Assembly (NCBI GenBank): GCA_965153455.1
Contig: OZ234494.1
Coordinates: 9,052,001 to 9,116,000 of the forward strand
DNA from: Sphagnum compactum
Taxonomy: Eukaryota
Reading direction: 5' to 3'
Length of the DNA: 64,000 nt
Shown: positions 12,101 through 26,221 of the stretch, one piece after another
How the letters are laid out: each line of letters begins with the position of its first letter
Numbering within the stretch: the stretch's first letter is position 1
The notes under the pieces: model-generated
The model's database searches: none
What the model was told of the DNA's origin: nothing
The model's input: the letters and a program-made list of their open reading frames with translations, nothing else
Made by a program: the position numbers and the translations under genes

Positions 12101-15039
12101 TGAAAAATCAACCTATTGGAAGGATGAAATAGGTCACATTCACAACCTTGTTGAAAGGATGACCAAAATCCATCCAAATTTGAAAAGTAATCGCATAAGT
12201 AACAATTTATAATCATATGCAACATTTAATTGCACATAGTCACATAGGGAATGGTTGCAAACGACAAGATCTACTATTGTTCCATGACCATGTTCAATAG
12301 TATTTTGTGAAAGATGTATCAATCAACAAAAAACAATAAACTCTTTTAATTGTATATCAATCATCACATGTTAAGTATCATTTATTTTCACAAATATAAC
12401 TATGCAAAAAATGGAGGAAAAATGCAATAAGAAGAAGAAGAAAAATCCATATCCATTAATTAAATGATTACAAATTCATCTAGTCATTAATCATTGAACA
12501 TAAAAGCAAACCAACAAATTGGTTTCATTTGTAACATGTTGTCACCACCTTAAATAGTTTCAAACACTAGTTGTTTCGTGTTTGGCCTCTTGATTTTTGT
12601 TAAACCATTATCTTGTTTTGTTGGAGGTCTTAGATCATATTGACTTTGGCACCTTCCCTTTGAAAGGTAACAAAAACAAGCAAGTTGTGACCTTTTGCCC
12701 CCCATGAAAAAATGGATAGTTTAAAGCAACACCGCAATGTTGTGAGCAAAGGGCAACAAGATAATTTTGTGAAGAAGTGAACATGAGTAGGTGATCTTGA
12801 TATAATATTTTTCATAATATTCTACCCATGTGGACAAAATATATGTTGATGTGGACAAATATTGTGCCACATGGTCATGGATGAAAATGCTTATGGATGA
12901 AATTTGATAATGAATGAAAGTTATGGATGATTTCTTTTTTTAAATGTGGGTGGCATAGGTTTGTGAACCTTGATTTTGGAAACTTATGCACATAAACTTA
13001 AAAAGTTATGCTTGAAATTCAACTTTAGATGTACTATCTTGCACTATGCATTCATTTCAATTATTAAATAAACGAATTCAAAAACAAAATGAAAAAGAAG
13101 GAATGTGTATATTTAGTGTACTTGTGTGGCAACGCTAATTAAGACTTGCATTGGCATCTAGACTAATTAAGATTAAAGAGAGGTTTGAATTATGTTTTTG
13201 GAAAGAAGATTTGAATTAATCTTCTTCCATGAGGATGTTCAAAATGAATATCGAAAAGGTGAAAGGTCATTTTTACATATCACATTTTAAATATAAAAAG
13301 GAAAAAAAGGGACCTTAAACATGACAAATTAATTTGGATTTTGTTTCGAATTTTGCTTTTGAATTAATGTATTTCATTTTGTTTGAAATAATGACAAATA
13401 ATAAGAATTCTATTGCATTTTGATCATAATTGTGTATGTGAATATTATGAGCAATGTTGTAAATAGAGATGTATCAAATTTGTTATGCAGTACTTTAGAT
13501 GTAGAGACTAAAGTGTAGATTGTATGATAAAAAGTGCAGTTTAGAACTACAGAATTCAATGTTTACTAATACCCTCCATCTACACATACAATAACAAATC
13601 TTCCATATTTGGAAATTATGTTTCAAATTCTACATTGAACAAAACATCTTACATCTCATACTATTAGTGGTACTACTTTAAATTCAATGTACTCTCTTGA
13701 ATTACATACCCACTTAAGTAATTGACCAAACAAATTCAAGTGCATAGCCAAATGAAAGAATTTGAAAATAAGTGACAAATGTGAATATATATAATATATT
13801 CTCCATCTTCACATACTTTGCCAAACATGAAGGACTATGCTTCAAGTTCTACATTAGTTTTGGATGTACTCGCTTTCAAATCTCATATGCACAAACAAAG
13901 GCCATAGATGCACATTTACATCCCCTATCTACAAATTATTCTTACTATGTAGCCATGGCACAATTTGTTAATTTATGAACTGCATTTCAACTCCATGTCA
14001 AATAACAAATGAAAATTTCCATTTGCCCACAAAACATGACATGTTGTAAAATGTGATATAGGTGCTTACAATGTACCTATTCCCCCACCCGCTGCAGGAA
14101 GTTACCATCATCATGATAAAATCCAAGTGTGAGCCAAAAAAATTCCAATTATCACTTCATATTGTTTATGGTTTTCAGGTGGACCAAAAGTGATGGAATA
14201 AATTTTTCCATACCCTATAGGAGGAAAAGGTGGCATGACAACACTTGCTTCAAAAATTCAACCAACTTCCCACTTATTTTGTTGTTGAATTGAAGCTTGA
14301 ATATTGTAGGACATTGGATATTTTTATTACTGTGAATTTGTGGCCAAGCATCTACATGCGATAAAATATTGATAGGGGAAAATCTCCCGTCACAAAAAAG
14401 ATTTCTAAAAAATTCCAATGGTTGATTGATAGGGGCATATATCAAGTCGCAAAGAAGATTTTTAAGAAGGCATGTTAGTTGTTTGCAAAGGAAAACATTA
14501 GCTTCTTCCAATGTTGTTACCTTGTCTTGAGAGAGATCAATCCTTTCTTGCATAAGCAATGTTGAAGGCACAATTAGCCTATCCATTACATACTTTCTCC
14601 TAGCGCTTTTAACGGAACTATTCAAATCATCATGACAAAACAAGAACTTGTGAGCCTTGTAAGGTGCATAGTTACACCATGCAAATTGGCAACCTAATTA
14701 CCATCAAGGAAAAAGGTTTCCAAATAAAGAAAAGAATAAGAATGCACACCTCAAATTTCATGTCTACCTTTTTGTTTTTGCCTTCTAGTAGTAACTACCG
14801 TCTTGTGGCAGAATGCACTTTCTATTCCAAAACTAGAGTAGAGAGTAGATAATATTCTAACTTTATGGAACAAAAGAAAAACTAATACATAAGAGTAACA
14901 AAGTTTTATATAAATTTGTTATGAACTATTTTCCGTTCCTTTATCACATTCTAAGTAAAACACAAACCAACAAGGAATGTTAGAATCCATACAACTTTAA
15001 CCATTTTCCATCACATAATGACAAATACCATTTTTCCCC

Positions 15040-15655
15040 ATGTTCTTCTCCTTGTTTTTCATAAAAGAATGTTACACAAGCATCTTCCTAATGCTAATGA
15101 TCTAATTTTCTAATTTTCTAATCTTCTAATGTAATCCTTCACTCCTCCCAAGAAATAAATAAGGAACTTAAGAAGGATGTTCACCACACAAAGGTTGAGT
15201 CTTTATCCTCCTAAATTTCCTAATCCTCTTACATCTCTTTATCTTAATCCTTTCCACACATCTTAATTAAAGGAAATCTATCCATCCCTTATCCATTTGG
15301 ACTAATTAATTTATATGATTTCACCCCCTAGTAATAAAAGATGGTAAGTAGGATATTTACCACTAGTAAATAAATAATTATTAAGATGCCCTTTTAAATG
15401 AACTAGATTAGGATATTATTTCTAGTAACTAATATATTTTTATTAGAATTCCTCCTAATATTAAATTTTGATTATTTTATCCCATGAAGGTAGTTCATTA
15501 TATATTGACGATATTACCGTTAGAAAACATTTTCACTTAAAATTTTTCATAAGAATGTTTTGCCATTTGATGGTAACTACCATTTAATGACGATACTATT
15601 GTCTCATAACATCTATAGTGTTTAACCAACATAAGACAATTTTCTACCATTAACA
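15040..15655. repeat. Degenerate LTR-like fragment related to 17438-18497
   Basis: Shares the TTTCTACC(C)ATTAACA end and a TTCACCCC..GATGGTAA..TACCACTA motif with the 17438-18497 element. Left boundary and TSD not resolved. Confidence 0.35.
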
Positions 15656-17437
15656 TGCACCTTTGGAACCATGACAACCCAAAATAAAATGGAACAAAAA
15701 TGCCACAATTTATTCTTTTCTATATGATTTTGGCTTTGCAATAATGTTTGATGTCTTTGTGTATATAAAACATTGAATGTTTGACTTGGGAAGGGCATTA
15801 TTCAATACTTCAATTAACACCATCACCACAAATTTTTTAAAACATTTCTTTACCATTGTGTGTGAAAATTAAAGGTGCTCTTTTACATTACCATTCAATT
15901 AGCCAACGTGCACATTTGCTGGGTGCAATCACAATCAAATGAGCCAATGGTGACAAAAGACTCCCACAAATGGGCCCTTTGTGGACATTTTAACATTTTC
16001 ATAAAAAAATTCTTTCAAAAAAGAGTATTGCAACATGTTTTTTAAAAAATGTAAAAATCCCCCAATAAATTACATTATTTGTGTTAATTTTTTTGGAATA
16101 AATATGACTTGTCTAAAAATGTACATATTTTGTTAGATTTTTTTTGAAAAATGATCATAATTTCAAATCATGCTAAAATATGATAACTACTTTAAGTTTT
16201 AATTTTGTGTATTATAAGCCATAATTTTTTTCATATACCCATTTACATCTAACAAATGATTCTTGAAATTTGGACATTTTGAAATTATATTTTAATTTTT
16301 TAAAAAATTTCAAATATTAATTTTTTTGATTATGAGTTCTTTTTAATGTGGATGGTAGGTTATCATCATTTAAAAAAAATTCCCATCAAATTTTTTATAT
16401 TAAAATAATCTTTAACCTAGTGGTTTATAAAATTGATTTTTTGGTGTTAAAGTTCAAAAGTCCTTTACTAAAACCAAAACGTAATTTATCAAATTTAATG
16501 ATTTTTTCAAAATTCTTCAACATTCATATAAATCATTTAACAAAACATTCCTTGATCAACATGACATTAAGATGACATTACATAAATATGTTTGACAAAA
16601 TTGATAGTTTTTTTATCATTCAACGTCGTTTTTGGCTTGTTTGATTGTGATCGCACCCCACTATGGTGTTGAAGCGAGTTCCAATTGTCTCCATTTCCAA
16701 ATGAGAATAGTTAACATGGTCAAGCCTATGTGAATCCCATATTGACTTTAAGGGCATTCCTACCTTTTGTTTGGTGGATCCACAAAACTCCCCACCTTCC
16801 AAATGTAATATCCTTGACAAATAAGAAGAGTTCAAGGCATTTGTTTTTACTGCAACAATCATTTGTAGAGGGTCATTAAACTAGTTAATTTTATGCAAAT
16901 GCAGTTCATTCCTATTCAGACCTCAACTAGATTAACCACCCTTCTAGTGCTCATAGTACAACACACTATGTTTGAAATTTTGCACATAGTCATTGAAGGT
17001 TGTAACATACATGCAAGGACCCCTTTCCCCAAACTATTGGAACCAAAGGTTGCAAACTATCTTTGAGAGGTTAGAAGTCAACATGTCTACCAGCTCCTCC
17101 AAGATGAATTTATGAATCAATTTTAAAGAGACAAAATAAGAATATAACTTGCATGATGTGGAGATTGTGCACAATAAATTGGCGAAACATTAGGAAAAAG
17201 TCTTACATGTAACATGAATCATCCCCATTGTTTAACTAGTTGTTGAACTTTTGAATTGCAGTTTTGGTAACAACTTCAAAGAAGTACCACCAAGATTGAA
17301 CTGCAACATACTATTGAAAATCAACGTCTAAACCATATGTTGTGTTTTTATATTCATAACATAAGGCCCTATGAATCTTTTGTAACTTGAGTGTAATCAA
17401 TGCCTAATGTATTTATCAAATGATTGAACTTAAACAA

Positions 17438-18497
17438 TGTTAAAGGGTGAAATTGTGGCCCCCAATCATTACCCCTCCTTCAGGGGGTAAGACTAGGGAC
17501 AAGGTTAATTGACACATTATTACTTCATGTAAAGACTACCTTCATTTTCTTTCTTTACTACACCTATTCAAGTAGTAAACAAGAGGTCATACAAGTGGAA
17601 ATGGGGAAGGTAAGGGTATGGCGTTTAAACCAAACCTACCTTTGTATCAGTTTTCTAATCCAAGGACTAAAGGGTAGAACGAAGGGAGGGCAAGATGAGA
17701 GAGGAAAACCTAAGAATAATTATTATCAATGGGTTTTTAATACCTTCAACGTCCCCTGGATACTTCCCAAGGGGCTACAGACCTTTCTAACTATATTGTC
17801 CTTCCCTTCTCCATGCTTACAGGTTCTCTAGTGACTCTGTCTGCCACTTGCATCCCTCGACGTCCCTCCTTTGTGGCCTTTTCATCTGCAACCCATTATC
17901 ATACCTTTAATTTCCACCACCATGGACTTGCTACTACCCTCTTGTGGTAACCATTAGTTTAAGGTTCTAGGGACTACCTAGGAATCAACCCTCTTACTTT
18001 TTATCCTAGAAGAAATGTGGAGATACTAACTAAAGGAAACATCCTACTTGTATCATTAAAACAACATTACCTTCCACACTTAATAAAACATCAAAGCAAT
18101 ATAAGAAACTCGAGTCCTTCAACCATCTTCCAGTAAAATCACACACAAAGTACATACTTCTTCCTCCATTCCTCTCATCCACACTCTAAGTGATATTTCT
18201 CTATCTCCCAAAAGCCTTAATGAAAAACTATTTCTCTTCCCCCTTCCTCTATTCCCCTTCCCCCCATACCACACACAAGGCCCTCATTGACCCCTAAAAA
18301 AAAGGCCCTTATCCTAATCCCTTCCTAGAAATCTCCTAGATGATTGTGTGAATTACCCTCAACCACTCACTAACCCGAACTACCTAATCCCACTAGCTTC
18401 ACCCCTTGGGTAAGGGATGGTAAATCTACCACTAATAACTAGTAGTCACTAGGAAGCCTATGGATCTATTTAGTCTAGAGATTTCTACCCATTAACA
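17438..18497. mobile_element. Solo LTR (1060 bp) inserted in the decayed transposase
   Basis: TGTTAAAGGGTGAAAT ... ATTTCTACCCATTAACA termini (TG..CA, ~16-bp imperfect inverted repeat), flanked by a 5-bp TSD AACAA (17433-17437 / 18498-18502). No coding capacity. Confidence 0.75.
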
Positions 18498-21400
18498 AAC
18501 AAGTTCAATCCTTGTCAACCAATTTCACATCCAAATCTCCAAACTCATGAACAATTTGCATGGCATTCCATTTTGCTTGCACACCATCTATTTTGAACCC
18601 CTTGAAATTGGGTTTAGTAACATCATGTTTTAAAACAATGTCATTGAACTTCCTCCACATTTTGCATTGTGCTTATGTATACTATGATTAGATGTCACAT
18701 ATTGCAATGGTGATGACTTTGTAATAAACTGGGTCATAGACATGATAGGCTTTAGTTGTCCAACCTTGAACACACTTCAATGATCAAACATGATGCAAGC
18801 ACTTTGGAGATTATCGTCAAGTTGCATTCACACCACTAAATCTAGTTCATTATCTTGGCCATTGATTAACATTTTGAAAGGAAAAACCTTTTGTCCAAAC
18901 ATTTGCCCATGAAAACAAGTATCTTAAATATAATCATAAGGACTCATGGACTTTAGTGTAAAATGTTGTCGATGTAACTTCTATTCCCATGATGATGCTT
19001 GGAAAATGCAATCATGTTTCAAATGTTCAATTAGCAAAAGGTAAATTTGTCCATCACTTGATGTAGTTTATTGCCCTTCAAGAGCTCCATAAGCCTATCA
19101 CCATCTTCATTGAACAAGTGATCAAACAAAAATGTCTTACACACAACCAATGCAATTGCAAAGGGTGTTACATTGGGTGTGTGAAACACCTACACCTCAA
19201 CCAAAGACTTGATCTTTTCCACAACCTTAATTTGCCATTTGCAATGGGATGGTCATGCATGCCAAGGTGAATGGTCGCTCTTGGAAGGGTGTCCAATTTG
19301 TGAATGACATAATACATCCAACATTTGCAAGTCTACACACAAATGAGGAATTAACCACAAAATTTATAACCAATTGTGCAAACTAGAAGACCTAAGACAA
19401 TTGTTTTTACAATTAGAAGCTAAATTGACTCTAGTGCAAGCACCAATCACACAAACTTGTCACACTTGTCATAAATTGGCAATGGAAATGGCCCAAACAT
19501 CTATTGGTTCCAAAACCCGATCTAAAATTGTTAATAATGTTGGTTGTCTTGACTTTGTACTAAGCATGACCATCATACTTCATGTCCATTCCTTACATTT
19601 GTTTAAAATGTCCTAATCATAGGAAAAAATGCCCCTTTTTAACCAATTGTTTTTCAATTGCATGTCATTTCAACTATGTTACAACTTCATGTTTTTTACC
19701 ATGTGATTTGCAAGTAAATCAATCAACCTATTGATTTAGTAAACAATTGAAACCAACCTTGACTAAAGGGCCAACTCTAGAATATTATTGGCATCAACAA
19801 ACTTTTCAATTAATCTATAATTGTAGATATCACATCATGCAACTATTGAATGATGTGGTTACATCACAAGTCATTTGTTTGATTATTTTGGTAATCATGT
19901 TTTCGAGATGGATGAAAAAATTTAAGTTGGATGGATGAAATGTTGTGCACATTTTTAATTTTGCATCTAAGTAAACTACTTTAGACCTATTTAGACTACC
20001 TATACATTTAGGTTAACTACCTATTACATAGTTATACATAGGTTACTTAGTATACTAGCTTACAATATACCTAAGCTACCTCCTAGATAGTTTAATCTAG
20101 GACATGGGCATAGACATGGTAAAGTATGCCAGCCAAAGACACTTGCTATTTTTTTGGAAAATATCCATAAAATATATTTTAATGTATTGAATCCATGAAT
20201 ATTATTTAAGTCAATGATCAACACTTATAAGTTCTTTGATTTCATTGCATAATATTGAAGAAACACATGTTTTAATATGCATTTAAATACATATTTTTGA
20301 AATGCAAGTACAAAAAAAACATGTCACAGTTTTGCAAAATTGAATTACAAGTACATGACAAAAGAACACCAATTAAAATTATGATAATTTTAAGTTGATG
20401 AAGGCTTAGTGTGTATGGATATAGTTTCAACTTTTCATATTCTAGTCATAATCTATCAAAGTTTTAATGTAAAAGTATTCTGGAAAATTTCAACAACCAA
20501 CCAATTTTAAATATGTTTTTCATTCTTTTTTCTTATATAAAAATTCTTCAAACTTTACGTACAACTTACAATAAACTCAATGAAGTGCTTTATGATTTCA
20601 AAATGCAATTTAAATAGGCTTTTAATATTATTTTTAATATTAATGTTGAAAATATATTTTTTAAAAATATATTTTTTTAAGACTATTTTTTTGGCATACT
20701 TTATCATGTTTGGACCCACATTTATAGGTAGTTTAACCTAATCACATGGCCTAGGTTTAAGCCTAGCCTAAGTGCCACATGGTGTAGGTGTAGGCCTCAC
20801 TTTAAATGACACATGGCTTGAGCTAGGTTTAGGCTTAGGTGCCACATGGTTTAGTCATAGGCCTAACCTAGGTGCCAATTCACTTAGCTTAAGCACCACA
20901 TAAGTCTATGCCTAACCTAAATGCCATTTGACCTAGCCTAAGCACCGACTAGTAGAAAACCTCCTTTTAAACCAAAAAGTTTTCAACTTCACATCGTTTG
21001 CAACTATGTTGTAATTAGGATTTTTTAATTTAAAAAAATGGAAAAATTACTAATTAAATCGACCCATCTATTATATTGGTATATAGTTGAAAGTATTTTC
21101 AACTAGGTGGTCATTTGCCAAATATTCCCAACATCAACAATGGTCCCAAGTTGAATGCCCAACTGTGTTGGTAAACAATGTGAAGTATGTTTCAACTAAG
21201 GGGCCATTTTGGGAATATTCTTAGCATCTAAAGCTTTGGAGTGATATTATTTGGTTGATTAGCACATTTTAGGAATACACTTTAACTTGAGGGAGGATCA
21301 CACATTTTTAGCAACATGTGTATTCCTATGGTTGTGTGGAGAGGTATTATAAAATTATTTCTGTTATTTGTGATCCTCCGTCAATTTTAGAGCATGTTAT

Positions 21401-24400
21401 TACAAAAAAATGTGATTTTATGTGTCCAATAGGGGTTTTGTTAGTTGTATGATGTTCGAAATCAATTCTATCATACCTTTTTTATGTTGTGAAGGTTGCA
21501 AATTTGGTTCTTGAGCCTATTTTCTCTAGGAGAAAAATGTAATTGCCAAGATTTTGATAACTACCATGTTTGTGAAGGTAAGGAGGAAAAAGAAACGCAA
21601 TTGTACTATAAATTCTAGGTTTACAATTTAAGGTTTATAGTTTACAATTTACACACCTAGAGAAGAATTCTTCAAATTTTTTTTTAAAAAACTCCTATTA
21701 ATGAGTATTATGTTTCATAACATAATTGCTTCATATAGCTCAAGTGACTATGGTCATTATATGGAAATAGAAAAGTAAAATTGTTAGGATTACCGAATCA
21801 AAAGCTAGGGTTGGATTTTATTGTTCATTACAACAATCCAATAATCCAAAGTTACCAGTAGTAGGAAGGAGTGGTTGAAAAGCCATTATTTGCACTATTT
21901 TAGGTGGAGGTTCACTTGTTTCCACCATTTTAATTATGTTCTAAAAGGAGTTAGGTGAAATCAGGTGGCTTGAATTAAACCACCATTTAGTGGGATCAAG
22001 TGGTTGATTTTGGACGATATCTAGGTGATTAGTTTGTTAATGCCACTTTTGTAGGAGGTAGGTAAAGTACCTATTTGATTATTTAAAGGCTTGTTTCGTG
22101 TGTGGAAGAAAAAGGGAATTGAATATATGATGCATGTTCAAATTTCTAAATAAAATTATGTGTGATAAAATAGATTAGACTTGAATAAAAACTGTAATAG
22201 TGGTAGTAAGGTACTATAATGTTCCAATAGCCTTATAAGATGTGATTATGACAAAACATGTGCAAAAAATGGTGATTCATTGTGTTTTACTTTTGTTACT
22301 AACGTGTGTGCCACCTAAGGAAATATCTATATGTAGCTACTTTATCTAGTAGTGTTAAGCTTACTAAAAAAACACTAAAAGCATTCATTATTGGAATTGT
22401 TACATTGTTAGAATTATTTGTTAAGGATTAGAATAACAACTTACCAACAGTAAATTCCATCATAGTAGCCTGGAACATAGTGTTTTTTGTTCTAATAGGT
22501 TTTTATCTATGTTAATTAACTATTGTAAGACTTTCCTTCTAAAGATCTAGGTGTAGTAGTTTGTTTTTTATATATTTTCAGATCTAATAACCCTTAGCTA
22601 CTATACTATTTTGACACTTGAAATCTCTTGGACATTAGCTTAGAGTTTTATGAAATTTTATCACATTATAATCTATAGTAGGTAATTAAACTTTTAAATA
22701 TATATATTTTCACATGTTTGCTTACTTAGTAAGATTAATCTATTGTCTCCACCTAGATGTAATATGTCCTATTGGGTCCTTAGAAATAACTAGTTTCCAA
22801 TAACACAAATAACAAGCCAGAGATAATAGTACCTATGGGAGGAATTACCTTGAATATGATCCCACAAAAAAAAATACAAAAAGGAAATAAAGAAGAAGAA
22901 TTTTTTTTAGAGGTATCTTCCATTGATTTCAATCCTACTTCATTTGTTTCATATGATAGTACAAAACACCCCCTCCATTCTTGCCAATTCTAGTAGTGTA
23001 TTCCCATTTACATACACACATTTGAATATTAACATTAGAATTCATATGTTCCTAAAAATAAATGACCCTGCAAGATTTTTACAACTTCAATGTTCATATG
23101 AGTTGTTCAAATGAACTACAAAATTTTAGTGAAAAGGATCATGAAGCTTTGAACATAGTTTGCAACACTAATACAAATGTAAGTCAATTCCTATGGAAAC
23201 AACTTACAAGTGATATGTGAACATGTAATAAGTCCAAAAAAATGAAGTTTTTATTATAGGGTTTAAGCCTTCTATGTAATAACTAATATAATTGTAATCA
23301 TACACCCCTAGAAGAAATCATGTTGTTTGCAACCACCTCTCATGCAACTAAATGTTGTTTGCAATTATGAAAAGTTGTTTATGCAACTACTTTTCAAGTT
23401 TGGATTAGTTTTGGTGTTCTTTGCAACTAGGTTATGAGTATGATCTATTCCATCCTTCCTTTAGGCTAATTTTCATGGTGTCTTTGTATTTTTAAAAACA
23501 CCATATATATGTTTAGTTGCACATGCAACTAAACATATCACATTATAGTTGCATTCAATATTTACACTACCCAAGTACCTACTTATTAGGAACTAGATAC
23601 CTATTAAATACCTAACCTACTAGTACTAGGTACTTAGTTCCTTCAAGATATGTACCTAAGATAAAAGTATAAACACCTCATAGGTACCCAATAGATAAGA
23701 GGTAATAGTTGTGACATTGTAATTATGTTGCAATTAAAGATTTATCCCATATTTTTTGTCTTCTCTTTCAGATTTGCAAACTATATAAGTAGGTTGGCTA
23801 GGTGCATTAAAGAGATTCAAACTTAACCCTAAATGGCACTAGGCTAACTGTAAGCTACGTAACCTAGGTCTAGTTATTCAAACTTTAACCTAAGTAGCTT
23901 AAACCTAACCTAGGTGCCACATGGCACATTGTGGTTAACAATCATTTGAAATCCTAACCCTAATATGATGTTCTTTGATGAATTTAGGATGTACACATGG
24001 CAATCCTATGACCACTTGATCTACAGTCATATGTAATTACAATTAAATAGTCACAACTATGATTGCAATGTTTCCCCTCAACATGCATCATGTGGCACAT
24101 TTTCTTGCATCAAAAACATGAAAGTTTTTAATCATGGATATGCAAGACATGTCATGTGGTGCATGGCTTTTAAACTGCCACATGTCAAATTTTTGTTGAT
24201 GGACATGGTAATTGCAAGTATAGTTGCATGCACTTGTTTGAAAATGAGGTGTCTTCAAATGTATGTATGCATATTTATGTTTACACTTGACTCATTTTAA
24301 ATGCATCTTGGCACTTTGGAAAATGCACACATTAGAAAAAACAACACAAGATGTGATGGTTAATAATTACAGACTCTTAATTTATATCATCCCTTTCCCC

Positions 24401-25576
24401 TATGGGCATAACAACTAAAAAATTCATGTGTTCAAAACAATTACAAAAAAAATTCGTCATAAAAATTCCAAGATCTTTCAAAGATCTAAAATGTCTAAGG
24501 ACATATTTCATAGGGGGGTGTTTTAACAAAATTTGTTAGAATAACTTCTTCCCATTAAATTTATCATTGAACTAGGATGAAAAACATCCTACAACTTTAA
24601 CAACTCCACATTGACCAAACACAAGAGCTATGAAAGTTGTTAGTCAAACATAAATCACAATAAGATGACATATCTACAATTTTCAAAATGAAACCTACTT
24701 GTAACTAAAAATTAATTAGACATTATCTAACTTAACACTTATTAACAGTAAATTTGTAGGCCATTGCAATTATGCAATGAAAAATGATTATTGGAACAAA
24801 AGTTGAATCAATAGCTTTCCATTGGGTTATTGTGATGACATCAATGTGGACACTGCCATATGAACACTACCACATGGAAAAAATGATGATGTGACAAAAT
24901 ATACGAATATGTCAAAATATATTTTATCCATGTTGAAAGAATTTGTCATACAATATTGTTTTAACGTGGACAAAATATACGTGGAATATTTTTCAAGCTC
25001 ACACTCACATGCTCATGAAATAACATTCTTAAGTTGAAAATAGTTTCTTTGATTATTCTATGAATTGTGCTTTTGATTTAAATTAATTATTTGAGTTTTT
25101 AATCCAATTGGTTAATGGTCCGTATACTTGACTCTTAGCCATTGACACTTTCTTTGAAAAAGAAAGATCTACAAAACAATGGTGACAACCCAAAGAAAGG
25201 AAAGCAAAACAAATGAACAATTTATGTGCAAATTGGAAAAATCAAAATAAGCAAGTCCATGTTGTAAAATGGAAAAAGAAAATTGAATTAACAAATACTA
25301 AGCTTATGTTAAACTTTACCATACATTATCATGTCGAGGATAAAATGAAAGGAGAAATCAAAGAACACATGTCCTATATTATACCTATTTAGATGGTATA
25401 GCCTTAATTCTGCTACCAAAGACCACAACATTAATTGATCAACTCGCAACATTGATTAATAAGTCAGAATTGAGAATGAGGGGGAAAACCCAAATTTGAG
25501 AGGTGACAATTAAAAGATTTCATTCAGGCTAAAAGCCATTTGCCACATATATTTCAGTTGAGTGATATCAAAATGC

Positions 25577-25915
25577 GGCCACAGTGAACCAGCACCCACC
25601 AACGCACCATCCACTGGATGGATGCCCGTTATTACTCAGTTGTGGATGAACCTCAACTGAGTTAATATTTGATTTCACCTTAGTAGCCAACTTTGTAAGA
25701 AATAGGTCTCATACATAGGTAAGTAGGTAGGAAAATAGGTAACTACTTGGTAAGGGCTGATTTTACAAGTGGGTTGTCAGTAGGTAGGTAGTAAAAAAAA
25801 GCACTGAGCTAACGACCATGGTTAGCTAGGCAGCTGGAACCCAACAGACAACTGTTTCCTGACCACTTACCATCCATCCTTCATGGTGCACTGTGGGTGT
25901 TGGTTTACTATGGCC
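25577..25915. mobile_element. Non-autonomous MULE (MITE, 339 bp)
   Basis: TIRs GGCCACAGTGAACCAGCACCCACCAACGCACC / GGTGCACTGTGGGTGTTGGTTTACTATGGCC; 9-bp TSD TCAAAATGC (25568-25576) / CCAAAATGC (25916-25924). Confidence 0.8.
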
Positions 25916-26221
25916 CCAAAATGCGTTACCTGTTTGTTGGTTGTACCTAGACAGATGAGACTTTGTATAAGCTTTGGGATACAATTTTAACTTCAACTGG
26001 GAACCAATTTGTGAATGATAAGTATACAAAATAGACTTAGCTGTATTATTTAAGCTGCTTATTTAATCAAATTCACACTAAATTCAAATTACCTAACCAT
26101 GTTATACAATTCTTTCAAGACTTAATTGTACTCTGGAATGTTTTTCTAACCTAATGCATTTTGCATTCAAATTACCTGGTCATGTTATACAATCCCATCA
26201 TCTTCATGATTTTGTTTGAAC

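Larger units (their letters stand above)
13970..19600 (-). pseudogene. Heavily decayed MULE-type transposase (GCM-like N-terminus, DDE core, C-terminal SWIM), copy 1
   Basis: Minus-strand remnants in order: GMDMKYDGHA.YKVKTTNI (~19590), CWMYYVIHK..RATIHLGMHDHP (~19300), IMFDH..VQGWTTKAYHVYDPVYYKVITIAICD (~18750), NFKGFKIDGVQAKWNA (~18590), LEGGEFCGSTKQK..DSHRLDHVNYSH (~16780), VHCKHLYHILQHVMFCG (SWIM, ~14060). Many stops and frameshifts. Confidence 0.7.

Noticed and set aside
14215-14643. 142-aa ORF as a stand-alone gene
   Set aside because: It lies within the decayed transposase relic, and the recognisable SWIM motif is in another frame just downstream.
10850-25300. Long degenerate inverted arms (10850-12900 vs 23300-25300) as the TIRs of transposase relic 1
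   Set aside because: Only patchy similarity (GCAACTA, CCTAGG/GCCACATGG and GTGGACAAAAT motifs); no definable termini or TSD by eye.
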